A DNA stretch of 64,000 nucleotides from Deltaproteobacteria bacterium. Lineage in GTDB: Bacteria; Desulfobacterota; GWC2-55-46. How positions within the stretch are numbered: the stretch's first letter is position 1; the number at the start of each line of letters is the position of its first letter. Below, piece by piece: positions 1 through 8,645 of the stretch. A program made the translations under genes and the position numbers. The notes beneath the pieces were generated by a model. It saw only the letters and a program-made list of their open reading frames with translations, was not told the origin of the DNA and searched no databases. The stretch lies in assembly GCA_016213015.1 (NCBI GenBank), contig JACRCE010000063.1:39-64038 (forward strand), read 5' to 3'.

Positions 1-72
1 GACGTCGCTAACGGAGCCATTTACGTCAATGGAGTAAGAGTGAAAAAGGTCGAAATGGAGATAGCCGCCTGA
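1..72 (+). CDS. 3' end of a gene truncated by the window edge; the C-terminal peptide ...GAIYVNGVRVKKVEMEIAA resembles an S4-like RNA-binding domain tail
   Basis: Open frame from the window edge ending at TGA 70-72; the YVNG.RV motif is typical of S4 domains. Fragment only. Confidence 0.3.
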   Translation, partial: DVANGAIYVNGVRVKKVEMEIAA

Positions 73-95
73 TGCCTATTTACACACCTATTGAC

Positions 96-114
96 AAGAC
101 CTCCAATTTTTAGA
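96..114. repeat. Solo terminal-repeat-like copy (CCAATTTTTAGAGGCAATC) of the MITE-like element family seen at 7485-7698 and 21094-21392
   Basis: 16 of 18 identity to the reverse complement of the left terminus GTTGCCTCTAAAAATTGC of the full copies. Confidence 0.35.
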
Positions 115-712
115 GGCAATCTTCAAACCATGCCTTGAACTTTTTCAGCGCCTGCCCCCTGTGGCTTATCATGTTCTTCTCGTCAAGGCTTAATTGGGCA
201 ACTGTCTTTTGAAGGCTTGGGATGTAAAACACCGGGTCGTAGCCGAAACCGTTCGGCCCGGACGGAGCCTCGGCGATTGTTCCTTCAAGTGCGCCGTCAA
301 ACGTATGAACCGTTGCATCGGACTTGTCAGGCTTGGTAAACGCGACTACGCAGACAAAACGCGCTGTTCTTTTGCCGGGCGGGACCCCGGACAGCTCTGC
401 AAGGAGCTTCCTCCAATTATCCTCATCGGTTGCGCCCTCTCCGGCGTATCTCGCGGAATACACGCCGGGAGCGCCTAAGAGATAGTCAACCTCAAGCCCT
501 GAGTCGTCGGCAAGGCACTCGCACTGAAGAGCCTCGGCGACAAAGCGCGCCTTTGCAGTTGCGTTGGCCGCAAAGGTGGTCCCTGTTTCAGGCGGGAGTT
601 CAAGGATCGCAAAGTCGAGCATGGAGAGCACTTGGACCCCAGCGGGTTCAAGAAGCCTTTTTATCTCAGCGGCTTTGCCTTTGTTTTTCGTGGCAACGAC
701 AATCTTGTTCAA
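110..712 (-). CDS. rdgB: Non-canonical purine NTP pyrophosphatase (RdgB/HAM1 family, dITP/XTP pyrophosphatase)
   Basis: 200 aa. The N-terminal VVATKNKGKAAE, FGYDPVF, and the C-terminal RGQA motif and overall length match the Ham1/RdgB family. Confidence 0.9.
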   Translation of the reverse strand: MNKIVVATKNKGKAAEIKRLLEPAGVQVLSMLDFAILELPPETGTTFAANATAKARFVAEALQCECLADDSGLEVDYLLGAPGVYSARYAGEGATDEDNWRKLLAELSGVPPGKRTARFVCVVAFTKPDKSDATVHTFDGALEGTIAEAPSGPNGFGYDPVFYIPSLQKTVAQLSLDEKNMISHRGQALKKFKAWFEDCL

Positions 713-721
713 GGGGTTTGA

Positions 722-1513
722 TTATTTCGCGCCTTTTGCGAGTTGAGCGGACGTCTTCAGAAAGACCTCTATGCCGTTGTATAACGATTGGGCGATGCGC
801 GTTTGCTCGGCCTCCTGCTTTAATCTCTTTTCATCGGCCTTGTTCGATATGAAGCCTATCTCCACGAGCGCGGCGGGCATGGCCGCGCCGTTCAAGACTA
901 TGAAGGGCGCCTGTTTTACGCCGCGGTCCGGGCTGCCGCCTCCGGCAAGAAGGCTTGTCTGCACGGCCTCCGCAAGCCGCGCGCTTTCATGGTGCGCCCC
1001 GGTTATGACGAGGTCGAGGAGTATGTCATTCAGATCGTCGGATGTAACGGAAGGGTTCTTCATCGCCCCTGCGGAATTTTCAAAATCGGCAAGGCGTTGC
1101 GCCTCGGCGTCCGTGGCGTCAACGCTCAGGAAAAACGTCTCCACCCCGGTTGCCGCCTTCCTGCGCGCCGCGTTGACGGGGATGCTCACGAACAGGTCGG
1201 CGTTAAGCGCGTTGGCAACGGCAACGCGCTTGGCAAGCGGTACGAATGTGTCGTCTGCGCGGGTAAGCGTTACGTCGCAAAGCGTCTTGGCCTTTATCAG
1301 TTCAGCGGTCTTTTTCGCCACGGCGAGCGTTACGTCCTTTTCATTGACGCCGGCAGGGCCAGTTGCGCCGGTGTCCTCCCCGCCGTGTCCGGGGTCAAGA
1401 ACCACGACGCAAGCCCTGTCAACGGGCAATGCAATAGGGTCAAGCGCAAGGGCAACGCGGCTGAATAGAAAAACGGCCGCAACAACGGGAAAGACGATCA
1501 GCAACCTTTTCAT
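722..1513 (-). CDS. N-acetylmuramoyl-L-alanine amidase (Amidase_3, AmiC-like), secreted
   Basis: 263 aa with an N-terminal signal peptide. VVLDPGHGGEDTGA is the zinc-binding motif of Amidase_3, and the C-terminal catalytic region is conserved. Confidence 0.85.
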   Translation of the reverse strand: MKRLLIVFPVVAAVFLFSRVALALDPIALPVDRACVVVLDPGHGGEDTGATGPAGVNEKDVTLAVAKKTAELIKAKTLCDVTLTRADDTFVPLAKRVAVANALNADLFVSIPVNAARRKAATGVETFFLSVDATDAEAQRLADFENSAGAMKNPSVTSDDLNDILLDLVITGAHHESARLAEAVQTSLLAGGGSPDRGVKQAPFIVLNGAAMPAALVEIGFISNKADEKRLKQEAEQTRIAQSLYNGIEVFLKTSAQLAKGAK

Positions 1514-1790
1514 GAGGGTATTTTAGGATTTGCGGCGGGGTATGTCAACCCGCCTTTTTTGCGGGGGGTAAAGGAATAGATAGAACCGAACTCTTTATTA
1601 TCATTTTGGCTGGACATGGGAAAAACAGCAACAATGCCCCACCGGCATATATGCGTCGAAATCACCGCCATCAGATGGCGGTCTTTACGGCAAGTCAACT
1701 CTAATTGTTGAGGATAATAGAGTCGTTAAACAGCGGCTGTAGTCGTTATTGCAGGTGTACGATAAGTTCAGCCACATTATATGAATTTAC

Positions 1791-1818
1791 TTGACAAAAG
1801 ATTGGGGGGGGGTAAAAT
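1791..1818 (+). promoter_or_regulatory. Sigma70-like promoter TTGACA-N16-TAAAAT whose spacer contains a G9 homopolymer (1804-1812)
   Basis: Near-consensus -35 and -10 hexamers are visible directly. The 16-nt spacer is made largely of nine G residues. The promoter faces the downstream + strand secreted and repeat-protein genes. Confidence 0.5.
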
Positions 1819-1969
1819 AGCGACGAAAAATAAGAGATAAATATGTGAAGCCGTTTCTTCATGGACGGCGTTGCCAACTACGGACAAAATCCGGTTTGAC
1901 AGTTAAAACGATATCTATGGGGTTGCCCTGAGAGGGTAATCGTGAAAGACCAAAGAAAATGAGAAGAAC

Positions 1970-2236
1970 ATGAAAATCATTACAAGCATTGCTGTTTCGC
2001 TTTTGCTGACACTAACTGCATTTTCACCTGCCGGAGCGTCGGATCTGCTCGTGCAAGCACCGATTCTGTTTCCGACACAGGAACAATCTGATGATGCCAT
2101 TTTAACCGAGACTAATGGAGTGGTGGAGGAAACAAGAAACACTGAAATACCCGCCGAAAGAATAGATGAGCCAACAGCGGCAACTAGCGTGCATGGCAAA
2201 GTGCCCGAATTGCCGTCCCATACCTACATGAAATAA
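1970..2236 (+). CDS. Small secreted acidic protein of unknown function
   Basis: 88 aa ORF with a clear signal peptide (MKIITSIAVSLLLTLTAFSPAGA), preceded by an RBS-like GAGAAG, in a low-GC region. Confidence 0.5.
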   Translation: MKIITSIAVSLLLTLTAFSPAGASDLLVQAPILFPTQEQSDDAILTETNGVVEETRNTEIPAERIDEPTAATSVHGKVPELPSHTYMK

Positions 2237-2242
2237 TAATAT

Positions 2243-3214
2243 ATGAGGAGGCGACTGAACATGAAAAAGCATATAGTTTTAGCGGCATTGTTCATACTGC
2301 TGATACCGGCGCTTGGCTTTGCCGCTTTCTATGCGGATACCGATGGCGACGGATATACGGACCAGGTTTATGCGTGCGGCAGCCCTGTTCAGGTATGTAT
2401 ATATCATCCTCGCACAGGCGTGACAACGATGTACCGCAACGGTGCGGCCTCTTCTTTCAGTATCAATTCGGTTGTGGACACGGATGGGGTTGCAGGCGCT
2501 GAAGTAGTGGTTGTATGGACATCCACGTATGGTAATCCAAAGGGGATAGATATCATCAGGGACAGAAACCGTACCACAACGACATACGATTATACAAACA
2601 ACCCTTCCTTCAACATCAATTCGGTTGTGGACACGGATGGCAATGTTGGAGGTGAAATTGTCGTGCTATGGACATATGCCGGGGGCCCAAACCATGGGCT
2701 TGATGTGATCCATGATGCACAACGCAACAAGTACACATACGACTACTCTACAGCCTCTTCCTTTTCCATCAACTCGGTGGTTGACACGGACAATACGGCA
2801 GGCTGAGAAATAATAGTCCTATACACAACAACATGGGGCGAGAGAGGCATACATGCCATACATGACAGGACAAGGACAAGAAATGTCTATCTCTATACCT
2901 ATAAGGGTACCTTTGAGATCGCATCGGTTTCAGACACTGATGGAGTCGGCGGTATGGAGATCATAGTGAAATATCCGACAGGCACATATTCAACTGGCGC
3001 AACAAAGGGCATAGATGTAATCCATGACATAAACCGGACAACGAATATCTATGACTTCACAAGCCAATACTTTTTCAGCATACAAGCAATCAGAAACTAT
3101 GATGGCATCTCAGGCAACGAGGTTTGCAGCTATTGGGAAAGATACCCAAGCTACGGGTACAAGCTGATTACCGACAGGACAAGGAGCTTTCAGGATCGCG
3201 CCAATTGCAACTGA
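2243..3214 (+). pseudogene. Secreted repeat protein (about five copies of a 48-aa unit SINSVVDTDG..G.E.VV.WT...G..GID.I.D..R.T.TYDY; FG-GAP/VCBS-like calcium-binding DxDxDG motifs) interrupted by an in-frame TGA at 2804-2806
   Basis: ORFs 2243-2806 and 2954-3214 are in the same frame, and the repeat unit continues uninterrupted across the TGA and through 2807-2953. The stop aligns with an Ala/Gly/Met position of the repeat. A signal peptide is present. Confidence 0.6.
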
Positions 3215-3306
3215 CGGCATCTCGTATGGAAACGACTGACATATGTTTTCAGGCAATATATTTTTCTTGCTTCAAGCGCGGCCTTGTGTAACATGAATAG
3301 GGCAAT

Positions 3307-3759
3307 ATGCGGTTTTTTATAAAGAAATATGGAGGTGAGGCGATGCAACGAATCATCAATGGCGCGGTCAACAAGGCTGTGTTCTTGCTTTTTTTTCTTT
3401 CATTTTTCATTCCGAGCGGCTCTGGTGCGAACGGCAACGACATCATAAAATGCAAGTCATTGGATACAAGGGAGTTCGGACTGATAAACGACGGCAACAT
3501 AGGCGAGCCGTGGAGCGAAGCGCAGATTATTGATAAATACGGGCAGCCATGTCAGATAATAAACATGGGAGAGGTCTTTGTAACGAAAAGCCATGTAAAA
3601 ATAATTGAACTGGATGCTAAGACCGGCGCGCAAGGCAAAACAACCTCTGGAGAAATTGCCGTGAAAAAGCAGTTTGTCTATAAGGGAGACTATTCAAACA
3701 AGGCCACGATAATCACAATTGTTGGCGGTGTTGTTGTAAAAACAGAAAGGATAGATTAG
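3307..3759 (+). CDS. Secreted hypothetical protein
   Basis: 150 aa ORF (probable start MQRIINGAV at 3343) with a hydrophobic signal segment, in a low-GC region. No recognisable domain. Confidence 0.45.
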   Translation: MRFFIKKYGGEAMQRIINGAVNKAVFLLFFLSFFIPSGSGANGNDIIKCKSLDTREFGLINDGNIGEPWSEAQIIDKYGQPCQIINMGEVFVTKSHVKIIELDAKTGAQGKTTSGEIAVKKQFVYKGDYSNKATIITIVGGVVVKTERID

Positions 3760-3950
3760 CTGTCCCGTCATATCTCCGCTGGAATACCAATCCTTTAATA
3801 TTGACCGCATCGTTTTATACCTCCATTCACACTAAAATCGCTACCCGTTTCCATAGCGCCATTACACTCTTTCCTTCAAGAACGCCGCGCACCGTGGTAT
3901 ACTAAAAAATTCTGGTTTTTCGGACGGCTAATCCATAGCGACACAAGAGC

Positions 3951-6900
3951 ATGCTCCAAAAAGATACAATCGAGTCTAACGACGGCCCTTGTTCCATGAA
4001 GGCGCTCCTGCCGCGCTTGATCGCGCTTGGCGCGTTTGACCGCAACGAGGCCGTTACGGTTTCCGTGCTTTTCGGCTCGTCAAAGGCGCTGCTCATAGCT
4101 TCGGTTTTTCGAGGAGGGGCAAAGCCGCACCTTGTCATTCTCAAGGACGAGGAAGCGGCCTCTGAGATGGCCGTTGACCTCCGGTTTTTCCTCGGCAAGG
4201 ACAGCGTACTTTTTTATCCGTCCACCGAGACATTACCGTTTGAACTCGACCCGCCGCATGAGGACATAAGCGCCGAGAGGGTCGCCGCGCTCCACAGCTT
4301 TACGCTTGGATCGTCGGTCGTCGTGGTTGCGGCTGTCTCTACGCTTATGCAACGCCTGCCGCCTAAGGCTGACTTTACGGCCAAGGCGCTGAACCTTCGC
4401 GTTGGGGGGGAGTATCCGAGGGAGGCGCTCATCGAGACCCTGAGCAACATGGGCTACGCGAGGATGAGCATGGTTGAGGAGCGCGCCGAGATGAGCGCGC
4501 GCGGAGGCATCCTTGATATATTTCCGCCCGCGAAAGATCGTCCGCTGAGGCTGGAGTTTTTCGGCGACGAGCTCGAATCGATCAGGAGTTTCGACATCGC
4601 CACGCAAAGGTCGCTCACGGAACTCAAGGAGGCGCTTATCCTGGCGGCACGGGAGGCCTCGCCCGACAAAGAGATACTTTCAACGGCCAGAGATAGGCTT
4701 ATCGACAGGGCCGATGCGCTCGGGTTGGACAGGCTTTCATGGGAGGCGCTCTCGGACAGGCTCAAGGCGGGCGCGTCAGGTCTTGGCCTGTCGCCGCTCT
4801 TGCCGTTGTTGTACGACAGGCTCGACACTATTTTCGACTATCTTGGGTCAAACGCCGTCATTACGGTAGTTGACCCCGAGGCTGTTAAAACCGCGGCTCA
4901 GGGTTTTGCCAAGGATGTGTCCGCTATAGCCGCAAAGGCCGTTGAAAAGAGGCGTTTTTTCGCGGAGCCGGCCGAGTTGTATATCTCTCCCGACGCCTTT
5001 TTGAAGGCGATAAACGTCTTTTCGCTTATCAACGTGGAGCCTGTGATGGAGGCTGGTTTCGTCATCGGCGCAAGCGCGAGATTAAATATCGCCATGCGGC
5101 ATGACCTGAATGTTTCAATCGGTGGAAAGGGAAGTACGGTTCTTGAGACCCCGCTTGCCCCTCTTGCTTCGATGCTCAAAGACAGGCTTGAGGCCGGATG
5201 CCGCGTCTGGATCAGCGCCCACAACAAGGGACAGGCCGAGCGCACAAAGGAGTTGCTTGAAGGCTATGGTCTGGCCGTCAGCCAAGGGTTTTCCTTTGAC
5301 GTGGACCCGCTCAACGCGCCTCTTGGCGCGCTTTGCGTGGTCATCGGCTCGATAACGTCCGGGTTTTATCTTGAAATGGACCGTTTCTGGCTCATATCCG
5401 AGGAGGAGGTTTTCGGGGAGCGCGTAAAGGCAAGGACACCTCCTGCAAGAAAGCTTGACGCCTTTTTAAGACAGTTGCAGGAGTTGTCCGACGGCGACCT
5501 TGTGGTGCACAAAGACCACGGCATCGGCCTTTGCAGGGGTCTTAAAAGGCTGGGCATTGACGACGTTGAGAATGATTTTCTCCTGCTTGAGTACAGGGAT
5601 GGCGACAAGCTCTACCTGCCGGTATGGAGGCTTGATCTTATAAGCAGGTACAAGGGTTCGGGAGGACAAACCCCTGAGCTTGACAAGCTTGGGGCAAAGA
5701 ATTGGGAAAAGAGAAAAAAGAAGGTCGGGGCAGCCGTTGAAAGATTCGCGGGGGAACTCTTGAATCTCTACGCTCAAAGACAGAGCGCCGTGGGCTTCAG
5801 CTTCTCGCCTCCCGACAGAATATTCGAGGAGTTCGAGGCGGGCTTCGACTTCGAAGAAACGCCGGATCAGAAAAACGCCATTGCCGAGACGCTTGCGGAT
5901 ATGAGAAGCGACAGGCCTATGGACAGGCTTATCTGCGGCGACGTGGGCTACGGCAAGACCGAGGTTGCGATGCGGGCCGCCTTCAAGGCCGCCCTTGACA
6001 ACAAGCAGACCGCGATCCTCGTGCCCACGACGATATTGGCCGATCAGCACTTCAACACATTTTCGAGAAGGTGCGCGCCGTTCCCGGTAAAGATCGGCGT
6101 CCTGTCCCGCTTCAAGACGGCAAAGGAGCAAAGGGAGACGATCGCTTCAATAGCGCTGGGCGAGGTCGACATCGTCATCGGCACGCACAGGCTTTTACAA
6201 AAAGACGTAACGTTCAAGGACTTGGGCCTTATAGTAATCGACGAGGAGCATCGTTTCGGCGTGGCGCATAAGGAACGCTTGAAACACCTGAGAAAAAACG
6301 TAGACTGCCTGACGCTTACGGCCACGCCCATACCGAGAACCCTGAACTTGTCCATTGCGAGCATAAGGGAGTTGTCCATCATAAGCACCCCGCCGGTAGA
6401 CAGGCTTGCGATAAAGACCAGCGTGGCGAGGTTCGATCCCGAAATAATAGCCGAGGCGCTGGAGCGGGAGTTCAAGCGCGGGGGACAGGTCTTCTTCGTT
6501 CATAACAGGGTCGAGTCCATCGGCGCGATGGAGAGGTTTCTAAGGGAGGTTGCGCCAAAGGCGCGCATAGCCGTGGCGCACGGGCAGATGAAGGAGCACG
6601 AGCTTGAGCGAAAGATGCTCGGCTTCGTCAACAAGGACTACGACTTGCTGTTGTGCACCACCATAATAGAGTCCGGCCTCGACATACCGTCGGCCAACAC
6701 CATCATAATAAACCGCGCCGACAGGTTCGGTCTGGCCGAGTTGTACCAGTTGAGGGGAAGGGTCGGCAGAAGCAGCCACAGGGCATACGCCTATCTTTTA
6801 TGCCCTGATTCGGGATCCATGAGCGCTGACGCCGTAAAGCGTCTGGAGGTGATACGCGAGCTTGCCGAACCGGGTTCGGGCTTCTCTCTCGCCTCTTATG

Positions 6901-7472
6901 ACCTTGAGATACGCGGGGCGGGCGAGCTGCTTGGACAGGCGCAGGCCGGCCAGTTCGCGGACGTGGGCTTTGACATGTACGCGACCCTCCTTGAAGACGC
7001 GGTAAGGGAGTTGAGGGGCGAAGCGTTGCCCGACAGCAGCGAGCCGGACGTAAACCTGAGGGTGTCGCAGTATATACCCGAGGAGTACATCCCCGACGCA
7101 AGGGAGAGGCTCGGCCTTTACCAGAGGCTCTCAAGTATTGCGACGGACGACGATATATATCTCCTGAACGATGAGTTGAGCGACAGGTACGGGGACCCTC
7201 CAGCGCTCGTGGGCAACCTCCTTCGCACCGCTTCGTTAAGGATCGTCCTGAAGCGTCTCAAGGCAACGGAGTTCAAGCAGATAGGAGATAGACTGTATAT
7301 AACCTTTGCCAAAGGCGTTGGCCCGGAGATAGGCGATAGGGCGTTAAACCTCGTCAAGAAAGAACCAAAGCGATACAGGATAGCGCCGGATTCAAGGCTG
7401 ATAATCTCCATAGACAAGGACGCGGACCCGCTTGAGACGGCGAAATTTGTGTTGAAAGAGTTGGAGGGCTGA
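3951..7472 (+). CDS. mfd: Transcription-repair coupling factor Mfd (superfamily 2 helicase)
   Basis: 1173 aa. The UvrB-homology N-terminus, the RNAP-interaction domain, helicase motifs (GDVGYGKTEVA, DEEHRFGV, TATPIPRTL, QLRGRVGR) and the TRCF C-terminal domain are present. The true start may be the internal Met at about 3996. Confidence 0.95.
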   Translation: MLQKDTIESNDGPCSMKALLPRLIALGAFDRNEAVTVSVLFGSSKALLIASVFRGGAKPHLVILKDEEAASEMAVDLRFFLGKDSVLFYPSTETLPFELDPPHEDISAERVAALHSFTLGSSVVVVAAVSTLMQRLPPKADFTAKALNLRVGGEYPREALIETLSNMGYARMSMVEERAEMSARGGILDIFPPAKDRPLRLEFFGDELESIRSFDIATQRSLTELKEALILAAREASPDKEILSTARDRLIDRADALGLDRLSWEALSDRLKAGASGLGLSPLLPLLYDRLDTIFDYLGSNAVITVVDPEAVKTAAQGFAKDVSAIAAKAVEKRRFFAEPAELYISPDAFLKAINVFSLINVEPVMEAGFVIGASARLNIAMRHDLNVSIGGKGSTVLETPLAPLASMLKDRLEAGCRVWISAHNKGQAERTKELLEGYGLAVSQGFSFDVDPLNAPLGALCVVIGSITSGFYLEMDRFWLISEEEVFGERVKARTPPARKLDAFLRQLQELSDGDLVVHKDHGIGLCRGLKRLGIDDVENDFLLLEYRDGDKLYLPVWRLDLISRYKGSGGQTPELDKLGAKNWEKRKKKVGAAVERFAGELLNLYAQRQSAVGFSFSPPDRIFEEFEAGFDFEETPDQKNAIAETLADMRSDRPMDRLICGDVGYGKTEVAMRAAFKAALDNKQTAILVPTTILADQHFNTFSRRCAPFPVKIGVLSRFKTAKEQRETIASIALGEVDIVIGTHRLLQKDVTFKDLGLIVIDEEHRFGVAHKERLKHLRKNVDCLTLTATPIPRTLNLSIASIRELSIISTPPVDRLAIKTSVARFDPEIIAEALEREFKRGGQVFFVHNRVESIGAMERFLREVAPKARIAVAHGQMKEHELERKMLGFVNKDYDLLLCTTIIESGLDIPSANTIIINRADRFGLAELYQLRGRVGRSSHRAYAYLLCPDSGSMSADAVKRLEVIRELAEPGSGFSLASYDLEIRGAGELLGQAQAGQFADVGFDMYATLLEDAVRELRGEALPDSSEPDVNLRVSQYIPEEYIPDARERLGLYQRLSSIATDDDIYLLNDELSDRYGDPPALVGNLLRTASLRIVLKRLKATEFKQIGDRLYITFAKGVGPEIGDRALNLVKKEPKRYRIAPDSRLIISIDKDADPLETAKFVLKELEG

Positions 7473-7484
7473 TGCTATCCTAAT

Positions 7485-7698
7485 GTTGCCTCTAAAAATT
7501 GCTATTTTTTCCGATTTCGGCGTCAGGGCGAAAATAAAAATGCTCACATATTATCATATATGCTCCGCTTTTTATTTCCGCTTCCATCGCCCAGCACCAC
7601 TTTGGATTACGAAAGGATGTTGTTTCCCAAGTCTCTTCGTGCAACAAAGTGGTGCTGAGGCTTGAACTCGAAAAAACTATCTAATTTTTTGAGGCAAC
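7485..7698. mobile_element. MITE-like non-autonomous element, copy 1 (about 214 bp) with terminal inverted repeats GTTGCCTCTAAAAATTGCTATTTTT ... CTAATTTTTTGAGGCAAC and an internal hairpin (CGCCCAGCACCACTT / AAGTGGTGCTG)
   Basis: Shares its termini and internal blocks (GCTCACATATTA..TATATGCT.CGCTTTTTATTT, CCCAGCACCACTT) with the 21094-21392 copy. Intergenic between mfd and the surA-like gene, and no ORF with coding signal. Confidence 0.6.
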
Positions 7699-7709
7699 AT
7701 CGAGTGGCT

Positions 7710-8645
7710 ATGAACCTCATCGCCAAAACCTTCATGCCGTTCATGCTTGCGTTTGCGCTCGTATGCGGGCAATCGTGCTCGCGTGAGCCGGACAGGTCAA
7801 GAGCCGTGCTGGCCAAGGTTGGGGGAAGGGTGATAACGCTGAAGGAGTATGAGGACGCCTTTTCAAGGCTCTTGCCTCCGGGAGCAACGGACGCCAAAGA
7901 GGAGTTGCATCTCCTGAAGAAGGAACTCCTGAATCAGCTTATAGAGGAGTCCTTGATGCTGGACGAGGCAAGCCGTATGGGCGTGTTCGTGAACGATGAA
8001 GAGCTTGCACGGGAGATAGAGGGCATAGAAAAAGAGTACGGCTCTCCTTCCTTCAAGGACGCTATAGCGGCGCGTTACGGCGATCTGGCGGTATGGAAGG
8101 AAGAGATCAGGAGAAAGCTCGTTCTGAGAAAGGTCATGGACAAGGTCAACGCGTCGTCCAAGGGGCGCGCCCCTAATGAGGAAGCGATAAAAAGATATTA
8201 TGACGAGCATATAAAGGACTATGACCTGCCTGAGCAGGCGCGGGCAAGGATGATAGTGGTGAGCGCCGAGGATGAGGCGCTCAAGATACGAAAGCGTCTG
8301 ACGAGGGAGAACTTCGCAGCCACGGCAAAGGAGGTCTCTTTAAGCCCCGAGGCCAAGCGCGGAGGAGACTTGGGTTTTTTTGGACGCTCCGATATGCCGA
8401 GGGAGTTCGAGGACGCCGTATTCAAGCTCAAGGTCGGCGAGATAAGCAAGGTCGTAAAGACGAGCTACGGATACCATCTCTTTGTGCTTGAGGAAAGACG
8501 CAAAGAGAGGAGGCTCAGGTTTGACGAGGTAAGTGAGAAGATACGCGCAGGGCTCGTGCTTGAGGCCGCTGACGCCCAGTGGAGCAAGTGGTTGGAAGGT
8601 CTGAAGGCCAACGCGAATATAGAGATAAACGAGGAGATGCTGTGA
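7710..8645 (+). CDS. Peptidyl-prolyl cis-trans isomerase, parvulin type (SurA/PrsA/PpiD-like), exported
   Basis: The parvulin signature GGDLGFF...F..AVF.LK.GEIS.VV.T..GYHL is present. N-terminal hydrophobic signal with Cys (possible lipoprotein). Start assigned to ATG 7710 just outside the repeat element. Confidence 0.8.
   Translation: MNLIAKTFMPFMLAFALVCGQSCSREPDRSRAVLAKVGGRVITLKEYEDAFSRLLPPGATDAKEELHLLKKELLNQLIEESLMLDEASRMGVFVNDEELAREIEGIEKEYGSPSFKDAIAARYGDLAVWKEEIRRKLVLRKVMDKVNASSKGRAPNEEAIKRYYDEHIKDYDLPEQARARMIVVSAEDEALKIRKRLTRENFAATAKEVSLSPEAKRGGDLGFFGRSDMPREFEDAVFKLKVGEISKVVKTSYGYHLFVLEERRKERRLRFDEVSEKIRAGLVLEAADAQWSKWLEGLKANANIEINEEML

Noticed and set aside
1530-1570. GC-rich hairpin plus T-run (GGCGGGGTATGTCAACCCGCCTTTTTT) that looks like an intrinsic terminator on the + strand
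   Set aside because: No + strand gene ends upstream of it; the adjacent amidase gene is on the minus strand and starts here. It more likely sits in the amidase 5' leader, so it is not called.
5466-6131. 221-aa ORF on the minus strand inside mfd
   Set aside because: It is antisense to the helicase core of mfd.
7483-7665. 60-aa ORF (MLPLKIAIFSDFGV...) and a related 77-aa ORF at 21089-21322
   Set aside because: Both lie inside the two MITE-like repeat copies. The similarity between them reflects the repeated DNA, not a conserved protein, and there is no RBS or coding bias.
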